Below, in pieces: positions 22,459 to 36,399 of a DNA stretch of 64,000 bases. The DNA lies in the NCBI GenBank assembly GCA_951406725.2, contig OX597832.1, positions 13,640,001-13,704,000 of the forward strand. The letters run 5' to 3'. Under the pieces are notes generated by a model. The model saw nothing but the letters and a program-made list of their open reading frames with translations, was not told where the DNA came from and made no database searches. The position numbers and the translations under genes are program-made. Every line of letters starts with the position of its first letter. Within the stretch, counting starts at the first letter, position 1. Source of the stretch: Octopus vulgaris. Its lineage: Eukaryota.

Positions 22459-24641
22459 CTGCTGTATATATGCATACGTGTATACACATATACATATGCG
22501 TATATTCACACCAAACAGACACACACACATATATATATATATATATACATTCACATTGGAAACCAATATATTTTAAACATATTTTTACTTATTAATATTC
22601 AAAATGTCAAGTAGGTAGAGTTATGGAAGGCGAAGTTTAATATCTAGAATTGATCAGTTAAGATGAAGAATAAAAAGAAAAGTTGAATGAGGGAGTGACA
22701 AGAAAAAGAATATAATATGATATAATGTTGTAGAATATATGGGAGCACATATTCAATATTTGTCAAAATGTAGCATATAATTTTTTTAAAGTTTTAATTA
22801 TTAACTAAATGGATATGTAAATTGGAGGTCATTTCATTATATATAGGAATAGGCTTTTACGTGTTATGAAAAAACGCAGTATTTACATTTATGATTGATT
22901 ATTTACTTAGGTTGTTTTGAAGTATCTAGTTGTTAAAGCTAGTATAAATGTTTAAACATAATTTAACTAATATGAATTATAATATAGTTTAATTTACTCT
23001 CTCTCTCTCTCTCTCTTTATATATATATATATATATATATATGATTTAGACATGCATTCGAAGACTTATTAGATTAAGAAGCAGAACGCGTTGTATTGTT
23101 TGTATCGAAGCTGGAATTAATGCTCGTAGTAGACGTTCGCCAATCTAGGGTAGAGTACAAAAGCACAAAATTAAATATACGTTCGAAATACTTGGTTTTC
23201 TGCGAAATTTAGAAGTGATATATTATACTTATTTGTAGTTGAAATTTTGTCTTATCAAATGTTTTATAATAAAAAGTTCTATAATTTAACAAATTTAAAC
23301 AAGTATGTTTTTTTATAAGAACTCTGATAAAACCTTTGTATTTGCGATGGGAACTAGAAAAAGGCGTCACCAATAAAAAAAAGTATATATATATACATAG
23401 TATATAATGAATACGAGTATCTTTTCGTTAACTTTCACTTGTATCAGGAACATTTCTATATTCATTACATCACGATATTTGAAAAAACAGAAACGGTTAT
23501 GCGTGTTAGTCATTTGTTATAAGATTTTATTTCTATTTTTTTCCTTTTAAATTAATCGTTTAATTTCATTGATGAAAACGTGTTTTCTTTATTTTTACCA
23601 GCTGTTGTGTTCTCTCAACTTATTTTTTTTGTTAAAGTCTTCAACTGTTGAAATGGAGGATGGAACACGAAAGCAAGAAAGCAAATAAAAACAACGACGA
23701 GTAAAATATACAAAAAAAATAACATTCTAAATTGAAAATACATTATGTTTGTAATGTCTAGATAAAGTAGTTAACTCAGTGTAGAGCTTGATCATGAATT
23801 GGGTAAAATAAAATACTTGTAGCCGTGAATAATACTGAGATTAACTCGATTGAATCTCATCTGTCACTGATAGTGAGAGAGCTTGAGTTGATTGAAACGG
23901 ATTAGTTTGAATTCTTATAAGACTTACGAACCGCCAGTACAGATTGGTACAAAGCCAACGTCAGTGACAACTGAGTGGATTGTGATAAATGCAAAGTGTA
24001 CAGATACATTAATAGTGGGATCTTTCTGTGATATCGAAAATAGAACAACGTAATTAAAGTGAATTGAAACATGGTCTGTGTGTGTTCCTGTATAAGCGTT
24101 TCTGCATTTGCGTATGATGATTTCTTTCCGTTTATGCATGAGTGTCTCGGTGTTTGGATCCATTTACATATTTACAGTGTGTGTGCGTGTGAGTTCGTGT
24201 GTCTGTGTATATGTATGTGAGTGTGCATGCGTGTGTGTGTAGATACAGAGTGGCAATCAACTTCGGTATTCGTTTGAAGACATTACTGGGAAACAATCGA
24301 TTATAAATGGCTTCTTTTCCTGAATTCTATTAATGGTTTCTTTCTCAGTTTAACAATAGCTAACTTATTTTTTATTGTGAATTGCGGCTTCGTTACTTTC
24401 TATGTTATTATGGCATATATTTTTTTTCTGTTTGATCAATCACATCCCAAATATTTTCAACTCTCAAATAAGCGACTGCTGCAAATTTTGTATGTATGAA
24501 ACTTTAAACAGGAGAGGAAATCAAATAGTTAAGTAATTATTGTATTTCAAGTATGTTTCCCGAATTATATCGTGAATGAACAAGACAACCTCTCAGTAAT
24601 ATAAACAGAAAATATTATACACAAACTGCACATCCATCGAT

Positions 24642-24644
<3 letters not shown>

Positions 24645-24726
<82 letters not shown>
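24645..24726. repeat. (TA)n microsatellite
   Basis: Directly visible. Confidence 0.95.
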
Positions 24727-24729
<3 letters not shown>

Positions 24730-25079
24730 GCATATATATACATGTCATATATTTCCGTGAGAGTTAAAGCTGGGAATCCAACCAACTAAGGGATAGTACA
24801 TATCCAATATACTTCTGGTAGTGTACCCAAGTGCTGGTTATTTCGTGGCAATTTCGCAAATGGGTGTCATATAAGGGCGTGGGTAAATAGTGGTTTACCC
24901 TTAATTTATACAGCCAAAAAAATAAGAGAGTATACAAAAATGACGCATACATCAACCGGTAGACATCCTATTATTTCTATTCATTCTAAAGCATAAGGAC
25001 GTATTATAAGAATACATAAACATGCAAAGATTGTGTGCTACACAAATATGTGCTAATAACATATAAGAGAGTAAAAAAT

Positions 25080-25400
25080 CAGTTCTTTACGGCGGTTTCT
25101 GCCAAGAGGCCCCGATATCCTCCATGCTACTTCCATCTCTTCAGTTTTCTGTAGGGATGGGTAGATAAAGTTTGGATGTTGAGTGTGCCTCTAGGCTTCT
25201 TCAGACATGTTTAAATGGTTAGGAGAGCCAATATATAGAAGAGTCAGTAACCAACAGATACAATATATTGTTTTTTATTGAAGATGACATAAGAAGAATA
25301 GGAGCAATGCTTAGAGTGTGTGAGGAGTAAAATTTAGCAAAATGGATTAGGTAGACAAAAGGGAAATATTTCATAGGTTTCAAGTGTTGCATTCCGAGAT
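25080..25400 (-). mobile_element. Possible decayed Penelope GIY-YIG endonuclease relic
   Basis: Minus-strand frame reads IYCICWLLTLLYIGS...RH, resembling PLE IYxIxCxxCxxxYIG...EH. Confidence 0.3.
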
Positions 25401-25619
25401 TCATGTATTAGGCAGTTAGGTTTTAGTAAATTACCCTGTATTATACTCAATTATCCGATTATATATAAAAGTCTATATTTATAAATTTACAATTTAATCC
25501 ATTGGATAATGTTCTATATTGTTATTTCTCTGATCATTTGAAAGGTGCAATCTAATTGCTGGTATATATGATTAGCTAGTTCTGCGTGTATTTTCTCTCT
25601 CTCTCTCTCTCTATCTATC

Positions 25620-25650
<31 letters not shown>

Positions 25651-27805
25651 GTGAGAAATTATATATTAATTTAATTAACATCGATTTCACATCAGTGATT
25701 TAGCATATCAAAAAATACTGAAGGTTCAGTGGTAAGAACGTAGGGGATCTATTTCTAGCATAAGGGTGTCCACATAGTGTTTTCCCTCTAATATATATAT
25801 ATATATATATATATATGACGTTAAAATATCTTGACTGCTAGCACGTAGATGACTTCTTAATAAAGGCATAACTAAGGAGATCTAGCCAGAGAAACCATTC
25901 CCGGGATTGCCAAAATAGTTGCATTTGTTGACTGCCAACTAGTGTGCTAATGATTAGAATATTTCTATTTTATTTCATTAGTTATTTTCACATTAAAGAA
26001 AATGGGACGTTGGTGCATCAATTCATTTCAATATTGTTTTACTTCCAGATTTTAGGTTGTAGCCATTCGGAGACTTTTCTAATTAAGCATTCTCCAACAA
26101 TATTAAATGAAAATCGTAGTCTTTGCCGCATGAAGAATATTGTCAATGTCTCGAATATACCTTTATTGTTATTATTATTTTAATAATTACATTGAATACG
26201 CGCAAGGGGTGATCTTAATGAAAAAGTGTCATTTGCATGTGTTTCTAAATAGATAAGCACCTAAGGGATCTTTTGTAGGGATACTATCTACATCATTTGC
26301 TCTTGTAAGAAAACTATGTTGTCTGAAGACGTAGAATAGTGATGTTGATTCACATTCTAATGAGAATTTGAAACAGAGTATACTTATTTAAATGAGTAAA
26401 TTTCTATATATGAACATGTGATTTTAACTTATGTCTACAGATAATTTAGGAATCAGTTGGTATTTAGTTTTTAAGCACTGAATAGACAGCTTCAAAACTT
26501 TTGATGTTGCAAAATCCTATATTTCTTAGTGGAGTGTTCCATTTAATTAATTATATCAGACTACAGTGAATTGCATTAGTAAATGGATTACCTGAGGTAG
26601 AACCAGAGTCGAATTAATATCATGCAGAGATATATTCTACACTGCAGGCAGTAGATTCTGTTTCGCATTCATATAAGCCGATAATTAACTGAATATATGA
26701 ATACATTGTTTGACAGGACATGTTCTTCTGAACATGAAATAGAATAAAGAATTTAAAAGAAAAAAGAAGAACATTTTCCTGCTTATATACAGAAAAAAAT
26801 TTCCTAAAGGCCATCGAGAAAATGTATTTCCTGCCAGTGTCATTAAGTTCCTAGGTATGTTAACTCTCTTACCAAGATATGCTGTCGAGCTAATTTACAA
26901 GCATTCTCTTTTCATCCAAATATTTAGCTGCTTAAGATTCTTTTCAAATTTCACATGGTATTGATATGATGTGTCTCACTGTTCAAAAAGTAAACATTTT
27001 ATAAAATAATTATTTCATACGTTGGAGTAAAAATATGTTGTACTACTAGGAAGGAAGATACAAGGTAATTCAGTGCAAAGTTTAAAAATAAGAAAAAGGA
27101 TTTGTTTTTCTCTGCAATTTCTTACGCTTTTAGAAATTGATACTTGGCGGATGCTCTTAATGTGATTTTGTAATATAATAGTTCATGCAACGAGAATCAT
27201 CAAAGTATACTCAGTGTGAAACGGCTTGTGTTTATTGAATTTATGGGATGTTTCTCTCTCAATTTTTGAATTTATTCCGTACACATTTACGTGTCTTTCT
27301 TAAATATACATTTAATGGTTAATATATATTTACCATTAGATTCTTTATGAGGGAAATACACAAAATCTTTCAGCTAAATTCGCCTGACGTTATTACAAAT
27401 TTTAAAAGAAATTATGAAATGTTGCCTGCTCATTTAATTGATTAAGATGTTTGCTTATTTCTGCTTATCTCATTAATAGTCAGCAGCTGCAAAATGTATA
27501 TATTTTTAAAATTGTAGGGTTATTCTTTCTACAAATGTTCCCGCTCAAACCGATTTTAATAAGGTAGGCGGTGGATTCAGTTCACCAGCATTCGCGGACC
27601 ATGTGTACATGAGAGAGAATAAGCAGATGTATCCACTTTTGTATCATCGCGCTCCATAACTGGAGTTCAATTTTCTAACAGTGCCAAATTTTCGGCTGCA
27701 AGACAGAAATTTCTAAATCAAAGGTGACTCCACAATGTTATCCGCAGTCTCAGTGCTTTCCACGTGTAACAAAAGGAATCGAATTATGGATGTGAATCTT
27801 CCTAA

Positions 27806-27807
<2 letters not shown>

Positions 27808-27856
<49 letters not shown>

Positions 27857-27937
27857 TATACATATATATATACATATATATATGTATATATATATTTATA
27901 CATATATATATATACATATATATACATATATATATAC

Positions 27938-27993
<56 letters not shown>
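27808..27993. repeat. Degenerate (TA)n/(TACA) microsatellite
   Basis: Directly visible. Confidence 0.95.
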
Positions 27994-29321
27994 AGTGATA
28001 CGAATACTAACCATTAAGCGGAAGTTCCCCAGCATTACAACCCACATGTTTACTCTACTTACCATGATTTTAGGAATTTACTTTTAGCCTCATACAATAG
28101 GGCCACTGGGTTTTGTATTGTATAATCAACTGAAAAGGAGAGACCAGGCATATTCACTACGTTCCGAAGCACCCAGCAAATTACTTTACAGCATGCATAT
28201 CTCTTCCTTTGCTGATACAACTGTTAATGAACTATTCGATGGTTGTGCATGGCGGCGAGAATTTCCATTTCCGCCTAAATTTCTTCTCGTCAAAATTGAA
28301 ATTCAAGCAGCGCCAATCATCATCGTTACTTTAAATTAACTTTCAAATCTTGAGTTTCATTTTAGGATATTACTTATTTTCAGCGACCAACTCTAAATAG
28401 ACCATATATTCATCATCAAGGCGGTACCCAGGCTTCGCTGCAGTAAAAATGACTTCAACAAGTATAAGAACATCTAAAATCCATCGAACCTTTTAAAAAT
28501 CTCAAAGCATGGTTAATGCCAAGTTGCAAAAGTACGATATAAAATATGCCTTCTGTATTATTTTAATATGAGGACTATTTTATTTGCTCATTCTTTAAAT
28601 GTGTTACATATTCTCGATCTAAATATCTTTATCCCTTTCTCTTATAAATTACTTTTACATTTGGGGAAACTAGGATTCATTATTGTGAAGATATTACGTA
28701 ACTTGGTATTCATTTCCTTTTTGGTTCGCAATCATTCGCAAATTTATGAACCATATCATTCGCGTATTTATGAACAGCGCACGCACTCCGGTTATGTATC
28801 ATTACATGTAGCACTCTTGCTGTACTCATTTAGATTGATATCATTAACGCATTCTACAGAAAAACAATGAATACCATATCACGCAATTAATCTGTTGTCA
28901 TTTCCAGTTGTAACTAACGTCTACACACATAACGAACATTCATTTTCTGCTGAATTTTTAAATGTGTATGAACCTTTCAAGTTAAGCTCAGTTTATTTGT
29001 GAATCGCAGTTGCCTAACTCTAACCCTCAACATACCTCTAACCTGAACTCAGAGTATCACTCAAATGTGAGTAAAATGTTCTAAGTCATGTAAGTGTTGC
29101 TCATAGCTTGATTCATTACATTGAAACTTTGAAGATGCTAAAGTTATTCTGAGCTATGTGTAACTGTTAAGCAAACATCAATTGTTACTATAATCCCCAG
29201 AAACCTTAACTCGAACATCTTGAGGAGATCTCACGACTACACACTTTTCAGGATGATGAGAAGTGTGTAATATATAATATATGATGTTATTGCGTGTCAT
29301 AATTGTGTAGGATAATATATC

Positions 29322-29548
29322 TTTTTCTTTACTACACACAAGGGGCTAAACATAGACGGGACAAGCAAGGACAGATAAACGGATCAAGTCGATTACATCA
29401 ACCCCAGTGCGTAACTGGTACTTATTTAATCGACCCCGAAAAGATGAAAGGCAAAGTCGACCTCGACGGAATTTGAACTCAGAACGTAACGGCAGGCGAA
29501 ATACGGCTACGCATTTCGCCCGTTGTGCTAACGTTTCCTCCAGCTCGC
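29322..29548 (-). mobile_element. SINE family B (Nin/Deu-domain-like)
   Basis: High similarity to the reverse complement of 44493-44722. Confidence 0.9.
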
Positions 29549-29666
29549 AGAATATATCGTTAGACCCATCACCTCTTTTGCTTCTTTGACGCCAAGAAAT
29601 CAAAAGATGTCGTGACTAATATATAACATCTAACAATTTGATGGGTAACTATAGTGTCAGGAAAAT

Positions 29667-29766
29667 TCACTGGGAGCAAGAGTGTAGTGGGTCCCCCGAT
29701 GTTGAAACAAATTTCAAAACTATAATAGCAGTGACAATCAGAAACACAGAGGAAATTAACTGGTAC
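29667..29766 (-). CDS. Candidate terminal coding exon of an unidentified gene: (R)YQLISSVFLIVTAIIVLKFVSTSGDPLHSCSQ*, containing a transmembrane segment
   Basis: Strong acceptor ttttttctccag; phase-2 start matches the phase-2 end of the 30047-30106 exon; ~18 hydrophobic residues; TGA at 29667-29669. Confidence 0.5.
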
Positions 29767-30046
29767 CTGGAGAAAAAATCTCTCATGAATTTTAAGATCA
29801 ATGTGTCAGCATAACAGTCAGGACTACCAATTTGTTTACTGTAATGATTATCCTGTATAGATTTTATAACTATTAAGAAAAATAAATAAAATGTATACTA
29901 GTTTACTAGCACAGGCGTTTCCAAACTGGTAAACCAAGGTTAAAGCACAGCAATCATTCAGCAGGGAGGGAATAAAATTTTAAAAGAATACCTGTTATTT
30001 CCGATTTTTTTTTTCCTTATTAGAATTACATCTCTGCTTAATTAAC

Positions 30047-30106
30047 CTCCTCAATTCTTCGTATCTAATGCTCTGCAGGAGATTAGCGATTCCTTCATCA
30101 ATACTT
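30047..30106 (-). CDS. Candidate 60-nt internal exon (phase 2-2): SIDEGIANLLQSIRYEELR
   Basis: Acceptor cattgtatttccag, donor gag/gttaat, open amphipathic-helix-like frame, 280-nt intron to the next candidate exon. Confidence 0.5.
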
Positions 30107-30837
30107 CTGGAAATACAATGAATTTCCTGGTGAAGATCTTATCCGATCGAAGCATTCCACGTACTTACTGCTATCGTTAAATAAAATCAGTTATTTTCGG
30201 CAGAAACAGATTTCACGTAACGTACAGTAGGCTTCACTCTAAATATTGCGAGGCTTATCTAATAATTCAATTACCATTCCGCTCTGATAAACTCACAGGC
30301 TTCTACCCTCTATTTGTTTTAACATATACACATACATACCCTCATACACATACACACACATGTACGCATAACTATATGTAAAGCTGTGATGCTATCAACA
30401 TTCCACGTACAAGCCAGATATTTCACCCGAAGACGGAACAAAAATCAGAGAGAGATCACATGAAAGGAATCGACTAAGGAAAATTAGTTGCTAATGCAAC
30501 GAGTTAAAGTCACATTACAGAACAGGCTTACAAATCTACCTAACAAGATTGAGGATAAAATAGTATTGATGTACATACGTTACAATACAATTCCCTAACC
30601 ACTCCGAGAGATTTAGCACTGGAATTACTGTAAATGTATGAATTTTCAAAATATTTTTGTAAATTTGTGTTCTACACAAGCGACGTCATACGACTATGAA
30701 AAGAAAATTAATTTTTTGAATTTTGTTATAATTTGTTTTCTAGAGTTTGTTTTTAATCACAGTTTGAAATACGTTTGCAATTTTTGTTTAAATCCTGACA
30801 ATAAACCTTTAGATGTGTTTGTTGGGAGAAATATATT

Positions 30838-31351
30838 CTTTTCTATTCTCTAGGCACATGGGCCGAAATTTTGGGGAAGGGGCAGACGGACTGCTGCTAA
30901 CCATTTTGTCCAGTGTACTCAACATTCTGTCAGCTCGCCGCCTTAACAATAATAATAATCTGTTCTATTCTAGGCAAAACACCCGAAATTCTGGGGTAGA
31001 GGCGGTCTATTAGATCAACATCAGTACGCAACTGGTAATTAATTTATCGAGCCCGAAATAATAAAAGGCACAGTAGACGTCTATGGAATTTGAACTCAGA
31101 ACTTAAAGACATACGAAATACCTATTTCTTTACTACCCACAAGGCGCTAAACACAGATAGGACAAACAAGGACAGACAAACGGATTAAGTCGATGATATC
31201 GAAACCAGTGCGTAACTGGTACTTATTTAATCGACCCCGAAAGGATGAAATGTAAAGTCGACCTCGGCGGAATTTGAACTTTGAACATAACGACAGACGA
31301 AATATGGCTACGCATTTCGCCCGGCGTGCTAAAGTTTTTGCTAGCTCGCCA
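30838..31351 (-). mobile_element. Cluster of three SINE family B copies/fragments (near-full copy 31123-31351)
   Basis: Repeated gcgtaactggtacttatttaatcgaccccgaaaggatgaaa and ggaatttgaact motifs; two different tail types. Confidence 0.85.
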
Positions 31352-31964
31352 ATTTGGAGAGAAAGATATAGAAAAGCATTAATATGTCATACTGGCAAAT
31401 AATCTTGATTAGTAAGTAAGTTCTTCACTTTAGCGAAGTGACAAATAATCGATGTCGGTATAAGGTGGTCATGAGATGTGCTAAAAATAACAGCTAAACA
31501 AACCTTAAATCACATGATGATTTAATTTTTTTTTTAAAGTTGTATAAATTACCGTGGAAAGTACACAAACTTCCTGAACATTCCAAATAATAAAACGAGT
31601 TATGAGGGGTTATATTGCGTTCTTAAAACAGTCTTCCGCCCACTTCTTTTTGCTTCCAATGAAAAGGCAACGGGAATCAGAAAAGTATAGAATGCAAAAG
31701 GTTCAATTTAGGCGCGTTAATGGTACTGAATTGAAATTGAATTTAAGTGAATCTCCACTTAAGGAAGCATTAAATGAGGCAATGATAACACACATGTAGT
31801 CTAAACCGGAGAACTCAGTAATTACCTCATTAAATATAAGTATGATAGAGCTTGAGAAGTTCTAGAGGAAATTACCTTACAGTTTCATGTGTAACGCCGA
31901 GACTAACTTTCTTCAAAATACAAATTAGCAGAGAACCTGCTTGTCTACTCAGTTCCATTTTACA

Positions 31965-32545
31965 GATGAAGTTAAAAAATTGCTAAAGACGGCAGGAAAG
32001 AAGACACCAGTATCATGGAATATTCCAACGAAAAAAAAAATAATAAAACACTGAATGCTTTTTAATAGCGCTTCCTTTCATCTCGATCCCATTCTTCAGA
32101 GATCATTGGAATTACTGAAAAAGTTAGAGAAAGTGGGTTTCCATGTAAGTGGCCCAAGCTGTATTTGGAATTCGCTACAATACGTCTTATGTAACCTGAA
32201 AGAAAGTGCTACATGTCCTAATGAACTGCGGTGTCCCTTAGAAGAGTGTCAAAATTATGACCTCCATGTGTAAAAATCTGTCAATCTGAGAAACCACCCG
32301 CTGCAACAATTTTTCCAAGAAATGTATGGAAATTTCAGGAAAGCGTTCTTATTATTTTCTCTGTAGTGGACCATATTTAACACCAAAGCTTTTAGTCGCT
32401 CTCTCTGGAAAAATGATTTTCGCAATCAAGCAGATGTCTGCACGTGGGCAATGATCGCTATTATGCTGAAATGTTCATTTCCTCAGTTCATCAAGTATGT
32501 TGTGTTGTGGGCTAATTGCATTAGCTTTCCACTGGACTGCTAAAG
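31965..32545 (+). mobile_element. Decayed LINE (RTE/L2-like) reverse transcriptase relic
   Basis: Fragments DEVKKLLKTAGKKTPVSWNIP (cf. EEV..L..GKAPG.D.IP), ELLKKLEK, and VLHVLMNCGVP*KSVKIMTSM (cf. LW..L...GVP...V.II.SMY); interrupted by stops. Confidence 0.45.
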
Positions 32546-32677
32546 CAAAAAATATATATATATATAATTATAATAAATAAATAATAAATAAAAAATGTAA
32601 AGGAAAGGAAAAAGAAAATATTCATTTTCATATTAACAGTGAAATTAAAAATACTTGGCATTCTAATTTTTTACAGA

Positions 32678-32818
32678 CAAATTCAGCCGGGGTCAACTTT
32701 ACCTTTCATCTTTTTGGGGTCGATAAATTAAGCTCCAGTTGCGTACTGGGGCCGATCAAATCGACTGGCTCCCTCCCCCCAATTTTCGGGCCTTGTGCCT
32801 AAAGTAGAAGATAATATT
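32678..32818 (+). mobile_element. SINE family B fragment with alternative tail
   Basis: ggggtcaactttacctttcatctttttggggtcgataaattaag...ccctcccccaattttcgggccttgtgcctaaagtagaa. Confidence 0.75.
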
Positions 32819-33472
32819 TCAAAGACAAATATGGTGGTCTCATTCAATGCATGTGGTGAGATGTAGGGAGACAAAAAAATATTGTTTTATTCATGGCTTT
32901 CGTAGACACATTAAACATGAAAACCAAAGGCCTACTAAAAGTATTGAGACCTACATATAAGTGTGTGTGTGAGTGTATGTGTGTGTGTGCATGTTTATGC
33001 GCGTGTGTGTTTATATATTTTGAGGAAGAAAGAAATATATATCGAAATAGATAGATACATACACATATACATACAGACATATAGACAGACAAATACATGT
33101 ATTGCGTTTTCTTTAAGTGTCTGATAGTTGTATATACAATTATTGTAAGTTGTTTCATTTTATTAACAACTGACCTAAAAAAGTTATTATTGTGAAGCTA
33201 TAATTTCTTTTATTATTGTGAGGCTATAATTGTGAGACTATAATTTTCTATAAACTAATTACTGTAAGTATATTTGATATGCTATGTACTATGAGAAATT
33301 TCAGTGATTTAAGCATTCCTCGTAAAGAAATTTGACGTATAAATTGAGCGTCTTAGATATCTTGATGTTTCCACTGTTTTCGGATATCTCAGATTTCACT
33401 ACCAGACCTGATATAAACAGCAAAATCACAGACACAAATACACACAAATGCACTCAGACACAAACATACATA

Positions 33473-33474
<2 letters not shown>

Positions 33475-33565
<91 letters not shown>

Positions 33566-33596
33566 TGCATACATACATATACATATACACATGCAT

Positions 33597-33659
<63 letters not shown>

Positions 33660-33695
33660 CAAGTGTGTGTATACGTATGAATGTATGTGTGTGTA
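33475..33695. repeat. (TA)n/(TG)n compound microsatellite
   Basis: Directly visible. Confidence 0.95.
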
Positions 33696-34544
33696 TTTAT
33701 TCTATCATGAATGCTACGCTAGAAGAAGCTTGTTGCGAATAAGAAAATAATTAGGGAATATATTTGTAGCATCTATATCTCTGCCTCACTAATCTCCCAC
33801 AAAGAAATTACAGGAGTAATTCAATTAAATGAGCTGATGTTACCAAATTAAATTTGAAAGCGTTGTTACTCACTTCGATTGTTTCGGACATTATCATTCG
33901 ACTTGAAGAATCAATATGCGTAATTTTACACACCCGAAAAAATTTCCGCGTCCTGAGGGACCTTGTCTCTGCTTTAAATCAAAACACGATAAAAGTGACG
34001 ATTTTTTCTGGATCGTTTGGTATCGGCTGTGAATCTTCGGTCACTAAAAGCCACGCTATAACATATATATATATTCTACTTAGTCACCTAAGTAGAATTA
34101 CCCCGTCTCAGTTATAGGACTTTATAGAGATGATTGATTGGCCATGCGGTAGCACGCAAACGGTCATGTTCTAAATATTCCGAGAAAGAATATTATTAAA
34201 ACATTTGGCTTGACAACAGTTACCACTAGGTTTATGATCGATGTTCTCTCATGTCACAGTTTTAACTTAAGCTAAAATAAATATACACTTGATAGAATAC
34301 GAAATAAAAGCTTCTATAATTCAATATAGACTGCTCTGAAAAAATATAGTTTTCAAATATCTGATCGATAATATCAGTAGCTAAATCTCTAAATTGACAT
34401 ACAGCTGTTGGACATCTTGTGAAACTTGGTACACTAAACATTGTTATTTAGTTTATAAAGACCAAAGCGTTTATAAGACTAACCCACTGTCATAATTTAA
34501 CAATGAAAAATAAACATTGTTTGAACGTTTGCAGGCATTTTAAA

Positions 34545-35053
34545 CTTTAATATTCATATATATATCTTTACTACCCACAAGGGTCTAAACACAGAGGGGA
34601 CAAAGAAGGACAGACAACCGGATTAAGTCGATTACATCGACCCCAGTGCGTAACTGGTACTAAGTTTATCGATCCCCGAAAGGATGAAATGTAAAGTCGA
34701 CCTCGGCGGAAATTGAACTCAGAACATCGCGGCAGACGAAATACGGCTAAGCATTTCGCCCGGTGTGCTAACGTTTCTGCCAGTTCGCCGCCTTTAATAT
34801 TCATATATATTTCTTTACTACCGATAAGGGGCCAAACACAGAGGAGACAAAGAAGGGCAGACAACCGGATTATATCGATTACATCGACCCCAGTGCGTAA
34901 CTGGTACTAAGTTTATCGACCCCGAAAGGATGAAATGTAAAGTCGACCTCAGCGGAAATTGAACTCAGAACATCGCGGCAGACGAAACACGGCTACGCAT
35001 CGCGCCCGGCGTGCTAACGTTTCTGCCGGCTTGCCGCCTTTAATATTCATATA
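34545..35053 (-). mobile_element. Tandem dimer of SINE family B with three copies of the flanking 16-mer
   Basis: ctttaatattcatata at 34545, 34792 and 35038; two SINE units with ~246 bp period. Confidence 0.9.
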
Positions 35054-35516
35054 GAAGAGGAAAATCATTTTCAGACTTCAGGTTGATATATTTCTCTATT
35101 CCTCACAGTATATTGTAATATTATTTTATTCTATTTTAGCCCTAATATTGGCATAATTTATTAAACCAAGCTTCTGCAGAGTCTCCTTAACGAAAAACTT
35201 AAAATCAAGTAAACGGGGTAATATGCATCTACAGTTAAAAGTACTTATGTTCGTATTTTTCACAGTACAACGTGGTTAGCATGTATCTATGAGGCAGCTC
35301 GATTCCATTGAAATGAAGAGAGTAATGTTACCAAGCATAAACAACATGAATGTATGCTAATATTTATAAATCTGAATGAAGATTACTCAATCAGAATTTC
35401 TCTATCTCGACCTCTGTTTCTCCAGGACATTGGGGAAACGAGAATCTATTCTGCATAAAATGGAATATTTTTGGCATATATGAGACATCAAGAAGCATAA
35501 TATTGACACGAATATT

Positions 35517-35517
<1 letters not shown>

Positions 35518-35567
<50 letters not shown>

Positions 35568-35613
35568 GTATATACATATATGTATGCATATATATATATA
35601 CATATATGTATAC

Positions 35614-35682
<69 letters not shown>

Positions 35683-35949
35683 TACATATATATATATATA
35701 TACATATATACATATATATATGCATGTGTGTGTGTGTGTATGTGTAAGGTTGAAAAGGAACAACGAGTTAATATATATGGAAAAAGGTCAAGGTAGAAAA
35801 TGCTAAAATAATTTTTAAAAACTTTTCTTTTAACTTTTCCCAAATTTAATTGTTTTCCATATTTTTAGTTGAAAAAGTCTCAATGACTGAAATCGGTACT
35901 GAAATGTTTTTTATAAAATCATTTTAACAATTCTACCTTGAATTTTTAT

Positions 35950-36020
<71 letters not shown>

Positions 36021-36043
36021 GTATATATATATATATATATGTG

Positions 36044-36075
<32 letters not shown>
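35518..36075. repeat. Microsatellite block containing a short inverted-repeat element (arms ~35772-35812 / 35920-35958)
   Basis: tatatggaaaaaggtcaaggtagaaaatgctaaaat / attttaacaattctaccttgaatttttatccatata between (TA)n tracts. Confidence 0.75.
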
Positions 36076-36078
<3 letters not shown>

Positions 36079-36333
36079 CATTTTGATAGTTATATATATT
36101 TAAATAATAAAAAAGTTAAAAAATTTAAAGTTTTATCAATTTAAATTTTAAAAATATTAAAAAAATATAAAAAGTTATAAATATAAATTATCAATTTTAA
36201 ATTTAAATAATTTAAATTTTGAATTTTATAGTTTTTTATATATTTTGTATATTATATTAATTATTTTTATTGTTATGTTTTGGTTTATGTTTTTCACTGT
36301 TTGATTTTCCTAATAGTGGTGTTTTTATCTTTA

Positions 36334-36395
<62 letters not shown>

Positions 36396-36399
36396 GAAA

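Noticed and set aside
25083-25148. Minus-strand CUGAAGA...GAAACCGCCGUA motif
   Set aside because: Stems I and II do not form.
28415-29285. Possible old Helitron (degraded end motif at ~28420, hairpin at ~29238-29270)
   Set aside because: Termini lack clear TC/CTAG signatures.
34545-35053. Repeat-spacer-repeat pattern resembling a CRISPR array
   Set aside because: The spacers are two copies of the same SINE, the context is eukaryotic, and there are no cas genes.
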